A stretch of DNA of 56,046 nt from an uncultured Clostridium sp. (GCA_947653375.1 CANTHA010000001.1:1-56046), one strand, 5' to 3'; numbered from the stretch's first letter, positions 28,590 through 40,235 are shown. Program-made: numbers and translations. The notes: a model not told the origin generated them from the sequence alone.

Positions 28590-28868
28590 TATAATATCTT
28601 AAAGAGAGCCAAAGGGTGCTGTGAATTTGGTAAGTAAAAATTATTTTGGCTAAAAGCCATGAGTTATTTGTAATTATAAAAACAACTAACTTAATTATCA
28701 CCTTATTGTCGCTATTCCGAAAAAAAGTAAGTCTAGCCGTAAGTCTGCGTTAAAGATATATTTAAGAGAGTAAATTATATTTGATATATAAATTTGCTAA
28801 TTTAGGTGGTACCGCGGAAGTATAGACTTTTCGTCCTAATGTAATTTTAGGATGAAAAGTTTTTTTGA
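28590..28868 (+). promoter_or_regulatory. T-box leader (tRNA-Ile sensing) with terminator
   Basis: AGAGAG and GGTGCTGTGAA stem-I motifs are at ~28603-28633. The candidate specifier is AUC at 28707-28709, followed by A. The T-box sequence aatttaGGTGGTACCGCGg is at 28797-28817. The terminator is cttttcgtcctaa...ttaggatgaaaag+T7 (28826-28867). Confidence 0.88.
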
Positions 28869-28961
28869 TTAAGATATTCAATTTGATTTTTATGAAAATA
28901 AATATTTTTATATAGATGATAAAAATCAAAAAATATATATCAAAGAAAGGGAGGAATAAAA

Positions 28962-31900
28962 ATGTACAAAAAAGTTGAATTAAAGAACGGCTTTGTAGGA
29001 ATGGAACATGAAGTTGCTGAAAATTGGAAAAAGAAAAATATTATTAAAAAGAACTTTGCCATGAATGAAGGAAAAAGATATTTTACCTTTTATGATGGAC
29101 CACCAACAGCAAATGGAAAGCCACATGTAGGACATATTGAAACAAGAGTTATGAAAGACATTATCCCAAGATATAAAGTCATGAAAGGGTATAAAGTAAT
29201 TCGTAAAGCAGGTTGGGATACACATGGACTACCAGTAGAACTTGAAATTGAAAAAAAATTAGGAATTTCAGGAAAAGAGCAAATAGAAGAATATGGTGTA
29301 GAAAAATTTGTAAAAGAATGTAAAGACAGTGTATTTACATATGTTTCTATGTGGGAAGAAATGACTAATAAAGTAGGATATTGGGTAGATATGGAAAATC
29401 CTTATGTCACATATCATAATGAATATATTGAATCTGTATGGTGGGCATTAAAGCAAATGTGGGATAAAGGTCTTTTATATGAAGGACATAAAGTTATGCC
29501 ATATTGTCCAAGATGCGGAACAGCTTTATCTTCACATGAAGTAGCACAAGGATATAAAGATGTAAAAGATTTAACTTGTATAGCTAAATTTAAAGTAGTA
29601 AATGAAGATAAATATATTTTAGCATGGACAACAACACCATGGACATTGCCATCAAACCTAGCACTTTGTGTAAATAAATCATATAAATATGTAGAAGTTA
29701 AAGCAAACATTGGAACAGAAGAAGAACCACAATATGAAACATATATTTTAGCAAAAGATTTACTAGAAAAAGTTTTAAAAGAAACACCTTATGAAATAAT
29801 AAAAGAATTTAAAGGAAAAGAACTATTAGGAACTAAGTATGAAAGACTAATGCCATGGGGAGAAGTAGAAGGAAAAGCATTTGAAGTAATTCATGGCGAT
29901 TATGTAAATCTTGAAGATGGTACAGGAATAGTTCATATTGCACCTGCATATGGTGAAGACGACAGTTTTGTAGCTAAACAAAATGCAATTACATTTATTA
30001 ATTTAGTAGATAAAGCAGGAAAATTTATAGATGAAGTAGAGCCATGGGCAGGAAGATTTGTAAGAAATTGCAATGAAGATATTTGCAAATGGTTAAAAGA
30101 AGAAAATAAACTATTTAGTAAAGAAAAACATTTACACTCTTATCCACATTGTTGGAGATGTGATACACCACTTCTTTATTATCCAAAAGAAAGCTGGTTT
30201 GTTGCAATGAGCAAACTAAGAGATGAATTAGTAGAAAACAATAATAAAGTAAATTGGTATCCAGACACTATAAGAACAGGAAGATTTGGAAAATTTTTAG
30301 AAAATGTAATTGACTGGGGAATTTCAAGAGATAGATATTGGGGAACACCATTACCAGTATGGACATGTGAAAATGAAAATTGTAAACATCAAGAGTGTAT
30401 AGGTTCTATTGAAGAATTAAAACAAAAAGGAATTAATGTACCAGAAGATATTGAATTACACAAGCCATACATTGATAATATAGAGCTAAAATGTTCTAAA
30501 TGTGGAAATAAAATGCATAGAGCTAAAGAAGTAATAGATTGTTGGTTTGATTCAGGTTCAATGCCTTTTGCTCAATGGCATTATCCATTTGAAAATAAAG
30601 AAATGTTTGATAAAAACTTTCCAGCAGGATTTATTTCAGAAGCAGTTGACCAAACAAGAGGCTGGTTCTACACATTAACAGCAATTGGAACAGCATTATT
30701 TGGGAGAACACCATTTGAAAACTGTATTGTATTAGGTCATGTATTAGATGAAAAAGGTCAAAAAATGTCCAAATCAAAAGGAAATGGTGTAGATCCAATG
30801 GAATTATTAGACACAGTAGGAGCAGATGCAACTAGATGGCATTTTTATACAGTAAGTGCACCGTGGTTACCAACAAGACTTGGACTAAATAATGTACAGG
30901 AAACTCAAAGAGGATTTTTAAGTACATTATGGAATGTGTATTCATTTTATGTGTTATATGCAGAAATTGATCAATTCAATCCATTAAAATATACTAATTT
31001 TGAAACAACAAATATTATGGATAAATGGATAATATCTAAACTAAATACATTAGTAAAAGAAGTAGATAAAAAGCTAGAAAAATATGATATTACAAATGCA
31101 GCACTATTAATAGAAGCATTTACAGATGAACTTTCAAATTGGTATGTACGTAGAAATAGAGAAAGATTTTGGGCATCAGAACTAGATGAAGAAAAAATAG
31201 GAGCATATTGTACATTATATCGTGTATTAACAACTTTAATAAAAATATCAGCACCATTTGTACCATTTATTACAGATGAAATTTATCAAAATTTAGTAAT
31301 AGGATTAGACAAAAATGCTCATGAAAGTGTTCATTTATGTTTATGGCCAGAAGTAAAAGAAAATGAAATTGATAAAAACTTAGAAAATGAAATGGATTTA
31401 GCCTATAAAATTGTAAAACTTGGTCGTGGAGCAAGAAATATAGCCAATATAAAAAATAGACAACCACTTTCAAAGATGCTAATTTCAATTAGAACTTTAC
31501 CAGAATATTATACAGATATTATAAAAGAAGAGTTAAATGTTAAAGAAATTGAATTAGAAGCAGAAATGTCAGACTATGTTGATTTTGAAATTAAACCAAA
31601 TTTACCTGTATTAGGTAAAGAATACGGAAAATTAATTCCAAAAATTAAAGAAGAAATTTCTAAGAAAAATCAAATGGATTTAGCAAATACAGTAAAAAAT
31701 GGTGAAATAGAATACATTAAAATTGATAATACAGAAATTGCTTTAAATTCAGACAATCTACTTATAACAATGAAAGGAAAAGAGGGATTTGCATTTAGTG
31801 GTGAAGGTGAAATTGGTGTAGTTTTAGATACACATATAACACAAGAACTAAAAGAAGAAGGATATGTAAGAGAAATCTTATCAAAAGTACAAAATATGAG

Positions 31901-32108
31901 AAAAGAATCTGGATTTGAAGTATTAGATAATATTAATCTGTATATATCTGGAAATAAAATGTTAGAAGAAGTCATTAAAAAGAATGAAGAATTAATAAAA
32001 CACGATACACTAGCTTTAGAAATTTTATATGATATTGATAAAGCAGAATATACTGATACAAACATTAATGGGGAAAGTTTAAAAATTAATGTTGAAGTTA
32101 TAAAATAA
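28962..32108 (+). CDS. ileS: Isoleucine--tRNA ligase (long, type-2-like form)
   Basis: [12 protein letters not shown] (HIGH), the editing domain and KMSKSKGN (KMSKS) are present. 1048 aa. Confidence 0.97.
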   Translation: MYKKVELKNGFVGMEHEVAENWKKKNIIKKNFAMNEGKRYFTFYDGPPTANGKPHVGHIETRVMKDIIPRYKVMKGYKVIRKAGWDTHGLPVELEIEKKLGISGKEQIEEYGVEKFVKECKDSVFTYVSMWEEMTNKVGYWVDMENPYVTYHNEYIESVWWALKQMWDKGLLYEGHKVMPYCPRCGTALSSHEVAQGYKDVKDLTCIAKFKVVNEDKYILAWTTTPWTLPSNLALCVNKSYKYVEVKANIGTEEEPQYETYILAKDLLEKVLKETPYEIIKEFKGKELLGTKYERLMPWGEVEGKAFEVIHGDYVNLEDGTGIVHIAPAYGEDDSFVAKQNAITFINLVDKAGKFIDEVEPWAGRFVRNCNEDICKWLKEENKLFSKEKHLHSYPHCWRCDTPLLYYPKESWFVAMSKLRDELVENNNKVNWYPDTIRTGRFGKFLENVIDWGISRDRYWGTPLPVWTCENENCKHQECIGSIEELKQKGINVPEDIELHKPYIDNIELKCSKCGNKMHRAKEVIDCWFDSGSMPFAQWHYPFENKEMFDKNFPAGFISEAVDQTRGWFYTLTAIGTALFGRTPFENCIVLGHVLDEKGQKMSKSKGNGVDPMELLDTVGADATRWHFYTVSAPWLPTRLGLNNVQETQRGFLSTLWNVYSFYVLYAEIDQFNPLKYTNFETTNIMDKWIISKLNTLVKEVDKKLEKYDITNAALLIEAFTDELSNWYVRRNRERFWASELDEEKIGAYCTLYRVLTTLIKISAPFVPFITDEIYQNLVIGLDKNAHESVHLCLWPEVKENEIDKNLENEMDLAYKIVKLGRGARNIANIKNRQPLSKMLISIRTLPEYYTDIIKEELNVKEIELEAEMSDYVDFEIKPNLPVLGKEYGKLIPKIKEEISKKNQMDLANTVKNGEIEYIKIDNTEIALNSDNLLITMKGKEGFAFSGEGEIGVVLDTHITQELKEEGYVREILSKVQNMRKESGFEVLDNINLYISGNKMLEEVIKKNEELIKHDTLALEILYDIDKAEYTDTNINGESLKINVEVIK

Positions 32109-32113
32109 AAGTT

Positions 32114-32141
32114 AGGAATAGCAAAAAAGCTATTCCTTTTT
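32114..32141 (+). terminator. Rho-independent terminator of ileS
   Basis: aggaatagc-aaaaaa-gctattcct followed by ttttt. Confidence 0.85.
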
Positions 32142-32230
32142 ATAAATTATACTAGTTTACATTATTTTAATATTATGTTGATTAATATATAAAGATGTGA
32201 TATAATCAGCAAAAGTTTGATTTGTTAAGG

Positions 32231-32644
32231 ATGGTTGAAATGAAAGAAAAAAAATTAGAAGATTCAACACAAAAGATAGAAAAACTACAATTAAATAGAG
32301 GAATAAGAGAAATAAAGAGAGAAATAAAAACAAGACTAATAAATGGAGAAAATGTAGAAGAAATAAAAAAAGCATTAATAGGAGAAGTATCAGAAGAAAA
32401 AATAGAAAATATATGTGATGAATATCAAGATTTAGCATTATTAGCAAAAGGAATGCCAACAAGTCATACAAACAGTGATGAATATTCACTTTCTCAACAA
32501 CAATTTTGGGAAATGATTAAAAAAGGTATAGAAAGTAAAAGAATAAAGCTTTCTACAATTCCATTAGGTAAAAGCAAATCAGGAAAAGATATATTTTTAA
32601 AAGATGTATGGCCAGATGATGCAAGAAAAGTAAGATATAGATAA
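32231..32644 (+). CDS. Hypothetical charged protein (start uncertain: 32231 or 32240)
   Basis: About 135-aa ORF, Lys/Glu-rich. AAGGA lies just upstream. No family recognised. Confidence 0.45.
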   Translation: MVEMKEKKLEDSTQKIEKLQLNRGIREIKREIKTRLINGENVEEIKKALIGEVSEEKIENICDEYQDLALLAKGMPTSHTNSDEYSLSQQQFWEMIKKGIESKRIKLSTIPLGKSKSGKDIFLKDVWPDDARKVRYR

Positions 32645-32691
32645 TATATTAGACTTTAACTTAACAGCATGGTGTTTTATTGCAAATGGAC

Positions 32692-32720
32692 TTGACAGTT
32701 TACAATAATAAAGTTAAAAT
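32692..32720 (+). promoter_or_regulatory. Sigma-A-type promoter upstream of rny
   Basis: TTGACA (32692-32697), 17-nt spacer, TAAAAT (32715-32720). Confidence 0.55.
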
Positions 32721-32806
32721 ATAATAGGTAGGAAAAAATATATAAAAAAAATACATGCATATATTTTATTCGAACATTGAAAAATAAATAAGAAAGAGGT
32801 GTATAA

Positions 32807-34348
32807 ATGATGATAGGAATCATTATCGCCACTGTCTTAATCTCATTTGCAATTGGAATACCTATAGGTATGGCATATAGAAAAAAAATTGCAGAGTCTA
32901 AAATTCAAGGTGCAGAAAATGAAGCGAAAAGATTAGTAGATTTAGCTAAAATAGAAGCTGAAAATCTTAAAAAAGAAGAGATTTTTAAAGCAAAAGAAGA
33001 AATTATGAGTAATCGTAAGGAATTAGATCAAGAGATTAAAGAAAGAAGAGGCGAAATACAAAAACAAGAAAGTAGACTAATTCAAAAAGAAGAAAATTTA
33101 GAAAAACGTTCTGAAAATTTTGAAAAAAGAGAACAAGAAGTAGAGAAACAATTACAACAAATTGAAAAACAAAAAGAAGAAATTGAAAAATTACATCAAC
33201 AAGAAGTTGAAGAACTTCAAAAGATTGCAGCTTTAACTAAAGAAGAAGCAAAATCAAAGTTATTATCAGAAATGGATAAAGAATTAACAGCTGAAAAAGC
33301 AGCATTGATAAGAGAAAAAGAACAAAAAGCAAAAGAGGAGTCTATAAAAAATGCTAAAGAATTATTAACATATGCTGTTCAAAAATGTGCTGCTGACCAT
33401 TCACAAGAAACAACAGTTTCTATTGTATCATTACCAAATGATGAAATGAAAGGTAGAATAATAGGTAGAGAAGGAAGAAATATAAAAGCAATAGAAACAC
33501 TAACAGGAGTAGATTTAATTATAGACGATACACCAGAAGCAGTGGTTTTATCAGGTTTTGATCCATTAAGGAGAGAAGTTGCAAAAATTGCCCTAGAAAA
33601 ATTAATTGATGATGGTAGAATTCATCCATCAAAAATTGAAGAAATGGTAGAAAAGGCAAAAGAAGAAATTGATACTACAATAAAAGAAGAAGGTGAAAGA
33701 GCAGTTCTTGAGAGTGGTGTTATAGGACTTCATCCAGATATAGTAAAGCTAATTGGAAAATTAAAATATAGAACTAGTTATGGACAGAATGTATTAAATC
33801 ATTCAATAGAAGTTTCAAATTTAGCTAGAATAATGGCAGAAGAACTTGGATTAGACCCGAAATTAGCTAGAAGAGCAGGTTTATTACATGATATAGGAAA
33901 AGCACTTGATCATGATATGGAAGGAACTCATGTAGAAATAGGTGTTGAGATATTAAAAAAATACAAAGAGAACCCACTTGTAATAAATGCAGTTGAGGCA
34001 CATCATGGTGATGTTGAACCACAAACATTAGAAGCTGTTTTAATACAAGCTGCAGATGCTATATCAGCATCAAGACCTGGTGCAAGAAGAGAAACACTAG
34101 AAGCATATATTAAAAGATTACAAAATCTTGAAGAAATTGCAGACTCATTTGAAGGTGTTGAAAAATCTTTTGCTATACAGGCAGGACGTGAAGTTCGTAT
34201 AATAGTAAAACCAGATAAAATAACAGATGATAAAATGACAATATTAGCACGTGATGTAGCAAAGAAAGTAGAAAGTGAAATGGATTATCCAGGACAAATT
34301 AAAGTAAATGTAATTAGAGAAACAAGAGTATCTGATTATGCAAAATAA
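32807..34348 (+). CDS. rny: Ribonuclease Y
   Basis: N-terminal TM helix, long coiled coil, KH domain ([11 protein letters not shown]) and HD domain (LLHDIGKA...EAHHG). Confidence 0.96.
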   Translation: MMIGIIIATVLISFAIGIPIGMAYRKKIAESKIQGAENEAKRLVDLAKIEAENLKKEEIFKAKEEIMSNRKELDQEIKERRGEIQKQESRLIQKEENLEKRSENFEKREQEVEKQLQQIEKQKEEIEKLHQQEVEELQKIAALTKEEAKSKLLSEMDKELTAEKAALIREKEQKAKEESIKNAKELLTYAVQKCAADHSQETTVSIVSLPNDEMKGRIIGREGRNIKAIETLTGVDLIIDDTPEAVVLSGFDPLRREVAKIALEKLIDDGRIHPSKIEEMVEKAKEEIDTTIKEEGERAVLESGVIGLHPDIVKLIGKLKYRTSYGQNVLNHSIEVSNLARIMAEELGLDPKLARRAGLLHDIGKALDHDMEGTHVEIGVEILKKYKENPLVINAVEAHHGDVEPQTLEAVLIQAADAISASRPGARRETLEAYIKRLQNLEEIADSFEGVEKSFAIQAGREVRIIVKPDKITDDKMTILARDVAKKVESEMDYPGQIKVNVIRETRVSDYAK

Positions 34349-34351
34349 ATA

Positions 34352-34385
34352 AAAAAGTTGTGATAGTATAGTCACAACTTTTTTA
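34352..34385 (+). terminator. Rho-independent terminator of rny
   Basis: aaaaagttgtga-loop-tcacaactttttt. Confidence 0.8.
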
Positions 34386-34548
34386 TATTATAGAAAGTTC
34401 TCCGAACTTTGTATAATATAAAGCATTCCACAGAAAATTGCATAGCAATTTTCGCGGACGAACAATACGAGGTAAAGTTATAATATATCGCTTTTTTATT
34501 ATTTTTGTGATAATATAAATATAATAAAAATGGAAAGAAGGAATTGAT

Positions 34549-35319
34549 TTGAAAATTTTAGCGATTGGAGATTTAATAGGAAATGCAGGTGTTAATGAAT
34601 TAAAACACAGGCTAAAGATAATAAGGCAAAATGAACAAATAGATTTTACAATTGTAAATGGAGAAAATTCAGCAGAGGGAATGGGTATTACAGAAAAGAA
34701 TTTTAAAGATATTTTAGCTCAAGATGTTGATGTAATAACAATGGGAAACCATACATGGGGAAAGAAAGATATTTTTAAATTTATTGATCATCCTAAACTA
34801 TTAAGACCAGCAAATTATACAAAAGGAGTAGTTGGAAAGGGGTATTCAATTTATAATTGTAAAAATAAAAGAATATGTGTAATTAATTTAATTGGTAGAG
34901 TGGATATAAATGTATTATCAGATAATCCATTTATAACTGTTAAAGAAATTGTAAATAAAATAAGAGATCAAGTAGATATAATTATAGTTGATTTTCATGC
35001 TGAAGCTACAGCTGAAAAAATTGCAATGGGATATTTTTTAGATGGAAAAGTTACAGCAGTTTATGGAACACATACTCATGTTCAAACAGCAGATGAAAAG
35101 ATATTGCAAAAAGGTACAGCATATATAACAGATATAGGAATGACAGGTCCAAAAAATTCAGTAATAGGAATGGATATATCAGCTTCTATAAAAAGATTTG
35201 AAACAACATTACCAGAAAGATATAAAATAGCGACAGGAGACTGCATGTTTAATGCAATAATTATAGATATTGATAATAATACAAATAGTGTTAAAGATAT
35301 ACGAAGAGTAAACTTATAA
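34549..35319 (+). CDS. ymdB: YmdB-family (TIGR00282) metallophosphoesterase
   Basis: KILAIGDLIG..G...IVNGENSA.G.GIT...GNHTW...DFHAEATAEK...GTHTHVQTADE. TTG start with GAAGGA upstream. Confidence 0.9.
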   Translation: MKILAIGDLIGNAGVNELKHRLKIIRQNEQIDFTIVNGENSAEGMGITEKNFKDILAQDVDVITMGNHTWGKKDIFKFIDHPKLLRPANYTKGVVGKGYSIYNCKNKRICVINLIGRVDINVLSDNPFITVKEIVNKIRDQVDIIIVDFHAEATAEKIAMGYFLDGKVTAVYGTHTHVQTADEKILQKGTAYITDIGMTGPKNSVIGMDISASIKRFETTLPERYKIATGDCMFNAIIIDIDNNTNSVKDIRRVNL

Positions 35320-35468
35320 AGTGTAGTTGTTTTGTCGAAAATAAAATTTTATTGCGATGAAAACTAGGAAAAAAACATTTTAAGTTCTTTACAAACCTTT
35401 CCATATATTGTAAAATTAAAATATAAAAGTTGCAACAAAAAAAATAAAATTATAGGAGGCAAAAGAGA

Positions 35469-35732
35469 ATGGAAGTTTTAAAAATTTCATCAAAATCAAA
35501 TCCTAATTCAGTGGCAGGAGCAATAGCTGGATTAGTAAAAGAATCAAATAAAGCAGAAATGCAAGCAATTGGAGCAGGAGCATTAAATCAAGCAGTAAAA
35601 GCTGTAGCGATAGCAAGAGGTTTTGTCGCACCAGCAGGTGTGGATTTAATTTGTATACCAGCATTTGCTGAAGTAGAAGTAGAAGGAGAAGATAGAACTG
35701 GTATAAAATTAATTGTAGAATCAAGAGTTTAA
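35469..35732 (+). CDS. spoVS: Stage V sporulation protein S
   Basis: MEVLKISSKSNPNSVAGAIAG......MQAIGAGALNQAVKAVAIARGF is the near-invariant SpoVS sequence. Confidence 0.96.
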   Translation: MEVLKISSKSNPNSVAGAIAGLVKESNKAEMQAIGAGALNQAVKAVAIARGFVAPAGVDLICIPAFAEVEVEGEDRTGIKLIVESRV

Positions 35733-35740
35733 TAAAGTAT

Positions 35741-35767
35741 GGCAGACTGTATTTGCAGTCTGTTTTT
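35741..35767 (+). terminator. Rho-independent terminator of spoVS
   Basis: cagactg-tatttg-cagtctg followed by ttttt. Confidence 0.75.
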
Positions 35768-35901
35768 GTGTGTGCAGGAAACTATAATAAAAAGTTATAA
35801 CTTTTTAATTTAAATAAAGATAAAAAAATAGAAAGTTAATATGGATAAAAACTTGAATTTTTATAAAAATTAATATATGATAGCAAAAGTAGAGGTGGAA
35901 T

Positions 35902-37485
35902 ATGAAATCAAATTGGGTTAAATATGTTTTTATTATTTTTATTGTTATAATACTAATTTTTTCTATATATAAAATAAAAAAAGATGAAACACAAGAAAAC
36001 GAATCAAGAGATCAAATAGAAACTTCAGAACAAAATAAAATAAAAGAATTAAGATTTGGAATAGCAGAATTTGATACAATTAATCCCATTTTAAGCAATA
36101 ATAAAAATGTGCAAGATATAACAAAAATAATATATGAACCTTTAGTAAATCTAACATCAGAATACAAAGCAGAGCCATGTTTAGCAAAAGAATGGGCTAA
36201 ACAAGACAATTCTTATCTAATAAAGTTAAGAGAAAATGTAAAATGGTCAGATGGACAAAGTTTTACATCAGATGATGTAGTATTTACAATAGATAGACTA
36301 AAGGATACATCTTCTTTATATTCTTATAATGTACAATATGTTACTAGTGTTGATATTATAGATGATTATACTGTAAGAATAAATTTGAGTCAGGAAGTTC
36401 CTTTTTTTGAATATAACTTAACATTTCCAATACTATCAAGTTCATATTATGAAGGGGAAGACTTTGCAACAAGTGAGAAAAATAGAGCACCTGTAACAAC
36501 AGGAAAATATAAAATTTCGGAAGTTGAAGGATCATATATTTCTTTAGAAAAAAATACAATGTGGTGGAATAAAAATGTGAATTTAACACCAGAAAAAATA
36601 ATTATAAATTTATATTCGTCAGCAGGAGAACTATATAATAGTTTTAAAATAGGTAATATAGATTTAATAAGTACATCAAATGATAGATTACAAGAATATA
36701 TAGGGACTATGGGGTATAGTACGAAAGAAATAAAAGGTAGAAATCATAATTTTTTGGTATTTAATACACAAAATTACTTTTTATCAAAACAAGAAGTAAG
36801 AAAAGCAATTTCGTATTCTATTGATAAAGAAAATATTGTATCAAGCGTATTTAATAATAAATGTTATACTAGTAGTTTTCCTTTAGATTTTGGAAGTTGG
36901 GTAGCTCAAGGACAAGATGCAAGTTCTGGATATAATTTAGAACAAGCAAAACAAGTATTAGTAGATAATGGATGGAGTTTCAGAAATCAGAGTTGGCAAA
37001 TAACTGAAAATTATAAAACACAAAAATTAGCATTAAATTTGCTAGTAAGAGCTACTGATGCATCAAGATTATCAGTAGCCGAAAATATAAAATCACAACT
37101 ACAAAATCAAGGAATTTATATAAATATTCAACAAGCATCAGATGAGCAATATAATAATATGATAAATAGGAGAAATTATGATATAGCATTATGTAGTATA
37201 AATTTATCTTTAAGTCCAAATGTTTCTACATTTTTTGGAGAAGGAAACTTGGCAAATTATTCAAATGATGAAATAAATAATATAATGAATGAAGTAAAAA
37301 ATACTACAGATGAAAATATATTAAAAGAAAAATATCAAAGGCTAATGGAAATATATAAAACAGATATTCCATACATTAGTTTGTATAATAATAAACATAC
37401 AATAGCGTATAATACAGCATTGGTAGGTGATATACCACAAAGCTGGTTTAATCCATTTTATGGAATAGAAGGTTGGTATAAATAA
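35902..37485 (+). CDS. Family-5 (peptide/nickel-type) ABC solute-binding protein, membrane-anchored. No permease or ATPase genes adjacent.
   Basis: N-terminal TM helix, then LRFGIAEFDTINPIL...EPLV.L......P.LA..W...DN..Y...LR..VKWSDG..FT..DV.FT. Confidence 0.75.
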   Translation: MKSNWVKYVFIIFIVIILIFSIYKIKKDETQENESRDQIETSEQNKIKELRFGIAEFDTINPILSNNKNVQDITKIIYEPLVNLTSEYKAEPCLAKEWAKQDNSYLIKLRENVKWSDGQSFTSDDVVFTIDRLKDTSSLYSYNVQYVTSVDIIDDYTVRINLSQEVPFFEYNLTFPILSSSYYEGEDFATSEKNRAPVTTGKYKISEVEGSYISLEKNTMWWNKNVNLTPEKIIINLYSSAGELYNSFKIGNIDLISTSNDRLQEYIGTMGYSTKEIKGRNHNFLVFNTQNYFLSKQEVRKAISYSIDKENIVSSVFNNKCYTSSFPLDFGSWVAQGQDASSGYNLEQAKQVLVDNGWSFRNQSWQITENYKTQKLALNLLVRATDASRLSVAENIKSQLQNQGIYINIQQASDEQYNNMINRRNYDIALCSINLSLSPNVSTFFGEGNLANYSNDEINNIMNEVKNTTDENILKEKYQRLMEIYKTDIPYISLYNNKHTIAYNTALVGDIPQSWFNPFYGIEGWYK

Positions 37486-37500
37486 ATTTTATAAAAAAGC

Positions 37501-37550
37501 TTGACAAAACAAAAATTTGGTATATAATAATCTTATCAAACAAAAGTTCA
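37501..37550 (+). promoter_or_regulatory. recA promoter with a LexA (Cheo-box-like) site
   Basis: TTGACA (37501-37506), 16-nt spacer, TATAAT (37523-37528). CAAACaaaaGTTCA at 37537-37550 matches CGAAC-N4-GTTCG at 12 of 14 positions. Confidence 0.55.
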
Positions 37551-37570
37551 AAAAATAAAGGAGGAAAAAG

Positions 37571-38611
37571 ATGAGCGAAAATACAGAAAAAAAGAAAGCA
37601 TTAGAAATGGCAATGAGTCAAATAGAAAAACAATTTGGTAAAGGTTCAGTAATGAAATTGGGAGAATTCAAAGCAATGGAAGTAGAGTCAATACCAACAG
37701 GAGCATTAAGTTTAGATATAGCATTAGGAATTGGTGGAGTACCAAGAGGAAGAATTATAGAAATATATGGACCAGAATCTTCTGGTAAAACAACATTAGC
37801 ATTACATGTAGTAGCAGAAGCACAAAAAATGGGAGGAGAAGCAGCATTTATAGATGCAGAACATGCATTAGACCCAGTATATGCTAAAAAATTAGGAGTA
37901 GATATAGATAATTTAATAGTTTCACAACCAGATACAGGAGAACAAGCATTAGAAATAACAGAAAGTTTAGTTAGAAGTGGAGCTTTAGATGTAATTATAG
38001 TTGACTCTGTTGCAGCTTTAGTACCAAAAGCTGAAATAGATGGAGATATGGGAGATTCTCATATGGGATTACAGGCAAGATTAATGTCACAAGCATTAAG
38101 AAAATTAGCTGGAGCATTAAATAAAACAAAAACAGTACTAATATTTATAAATCAATTAAGAGAAAAAATAGGAGTAATGTTTGGAAGTCCAGAAACAACT
38201 ACAGGAGGTAGAGCATTAAAATTTTATGCATCTGTAAGAATGGACATAAGAAAAATAGAAAACATTAAACAAGATGGAGAATTTAAAGGAAATCGTGCAC
38301 GTGTTAAAGTAATAAAAAACAAAGTTGCACCACCATTTAGAGAAGCTGAATTTGATATTGTATATGGTGAAGGAATATCAAAAGAAGGTAATATTTTAGA
38401 TATGGCTGTAAATTTAGATATTATAGAAAAGGCAGGATCTTGGTTTAGCTATAATGGACAAAGAATAGGTCAAGGTAGAGAAAATGTTAAAAAATACTTA
38501 AAAGAAAATCCAGATATATTAGATGATGTAGAAAAGAAAGTAAGGCAAGATTTTGAAAAAGCCTTTGAACAAAGTTTAGGAGAAGAAATTCCTAAAGTTG
38601 ATGAAGATTAA
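37571..38611 (+). CDS. recA: Recombinase A
   Basis: [13 protein letters not shown] (Walker A) and canonical RecA sequence throughout. Confidence 0.98.
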   Translation: MSENTEKKKALEMAMSQIEKQFGKGSVMKLGEFKAMEVESIPTGALSLDIALGIGGVPRGRIIEIYGPESSGKTTLALHVVAEAQKMGGEAAFIDAEHALDPVYAKKLGVDIDNLIVSQPDTGEQALEITESLVRSGALDVIIVDSVAALVPKAEIDGDMGDSHMGLQARLMSQALRKLAGALNKTKTVLIFINQLREKIGVMFGSPETTTGGRALKFYASVRMDIRKIENIKQDGEFKGNRARVKVIKNKVAPPFREAEFDIVYGEGISKEGNILDMAVNLDIIEKAGSWFSYNGQRIGQGRENVKKYLKENPDILDDVEKKVRQDFEKAFEQSLGEEIPKVDED

Positions 38612-38691
38612 TTTATATAAAATTTAAGTTAGATAGTAAAAGAGAGTCCAAAATTGAACTCTCTTATTATAAAACACATAATTACAAAAAA

Positions 38692-40101
38692 TTAAACATT
38701 ATTTGCGATATCGGAAGCATATCCGATATATTTATCTGGGCTAAGGTTCAGCAGAGTTTCTCTGTCTTCATCAGACAAAACATCTAATGAGAGAATAAAC
38801 TCATGGATAATCTCCTTAGTTATAGATTTGCCTCTTGTAAGATCTTTTAAGCGATCATAGGCATCTGGTATACCATATTTTCTAAGCATTGTTTGGATAG
38901 GTTCAGCAAGAATTTCCCAGCTTTGTTCGAGATCTTTAGAGATAACTTCTACATTTACGTCACATCTTTTCAGACCTCGCAGTGTATTTGAAATGGCTAA
39001 AAGTGAATAACCAATAGCCATACCAATATTACGTTGAGCAGAAGAATCTGATAAATCTCTTTGCATTCTTGAACGAGGAAGCTTGTTTGATAATGATTGT
39101 AACAATGCATTTGAAATCTCAACATTTGCTTCACTGTTTTCAAACCAGATTGGGTTGACTTTGTGTGGCATAACTGATGAACCAACTTCTCCTTTTACAG
39201 GAATTTGCTTAATATAATCCTTTGAGATATACAGCCACATATCAACATTCAAGTCCATAAGAATATTGTTGAAGTGCCGTAAAGCATCAAGAATTTCTAC
39301 AACATAATCATGAGGCTCAATTTGTGTTGTTATTGGATTAAAATGTAATCCTAAACAATCAGTTACAAATTTCTTGCAAAGTTCAGGCCAATTTTCATTT
39401 GGAAATGCTGTACTAATTGCACTGTAGCAACCGGTTGCACCATTAAATTTGCCCTTTATTTGTATTTTTGAAAGAGCATCAGATACATTCTCAAGTCGAG
39501 AAACGTAAACAGCAAATTCCTTTCCAACTGTAACCGGAGTTGCATGTTGACCATGAGTATGTCCAAGCATTGGTATATTCTTGAACTTTTCAGTTAACTG
39601 CCGAAGATATTCAATAAGCTCATTTGTTGCAGGAAGCCATATATCAGCCAATGATTCAGCTAACATAAGAGCATATGCAGTGTTATTAATATCTTCAGAA
39701 GTACAACCGATGTGAACGAAAGAAACTAAATATTCTAGTCCTTGTTCCTTAAGTTTTTGCGCAATAAAATGCTCCACAGCTTTCACATCATGCTTTGTTT
39801 TGCTTTCAATTTTTTTCACAGAAATTGCATCATCAAGAGAAAAGCTGTAGTAAATACTCCAGATTTTTGCAAGATCTTCGTTTGTGAACCCATTAGCGTC
39901 TAATGCAGGAATATCAATGTGGCAAATGATGAAATCAAGCCAAGATATTTCTACATAAACACGATACCGGATTAACGCATACTCTGAGAAATATTCATTT
40001 AATTTCTCTCCAGTGCTGTCATACCGCCCATCAAGAGGTGAAAGGCCAAGTAAGGCCATTTTTTGTGATACCTCTTCTCCAAATAACTTATTTTTTTTCA
40101 T
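38692..40101 (-). CDS. purB: Adenylosuccinate lyase (E. coli-type long form)
   Basis: LSPLDGRY......L...FSEYALIRYRV.VE..W, HIGCTSEDINN and GSSVMPHKVNP signatures. RBS gaaaggaga. Confidence 0.9.
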   Translation of the reverse strand: MKKNKLFGEEVSQKMALLGLSPLDGRYDSTGEKLNEYFSEYALIRYRVYVEISWLDFIICHIDIPALDANGFTNEDLAKIWSIYYSFSLDDAISVKKIESKTKHDVKAVEHFIAQKLKEQGLEYLVSFVHIGCTSEDINNTAYALMLAESLADIWLPATNELIEYLRQLTEKFKNIPMLGHTHGQHATPVTVGKEFAVYVSRLENVSDALSKIQIKGKFNGATGCYSAISTAFPNENWPELCKKFVTDCLGLHFNPITTQIEPHDYVVEILDALRHFNNILMDLNVDMWLYISKDYIKQIPVKGEVGSSVMPHKVNPIWFENSEANVEISNALLQSLSNKLPRSRMQRDLSDSSAQRNIGMAIGYSLLAISNTLRGLKRCDVNVEVISKDLEQSWEILAEPIQTMLRKYGIPDAYDRLKDLTRGKSITKEIIHEFILSLDVLSDEDRETLLNLSPDKYIGYASDIANNV

Positions 40102-40235
40102 TGTGTTTTGTCTCCTTTCTTTTATTTACTATGAATTAATTAATTAGCTGTATTTCTCATAATGTAAAAATCACATAGAAAAATACGAAAGTTACTTTAA
40201 TATTATATATCTATTTACATAAAAAATCAACTTTT

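Noticed and set aside
32157-32489. 110-aa minus-strand ORF after ileS.
   Set aside because: Its translation is a Leu/Phe-rich low-complexity mirror of the Lys/Glu-rich + strand ORF, which has an RBS.
40102-40235. Possible purine or ZTP riboswitch in the purB leader.
   Set aside because: On the minus strand I find none of the conserved purine-riboswitch (UAUAAUC...CUACC...) or ZTP (GGGUCG...CCGCCUGGGC) blocks. The leader is almost pure AT.
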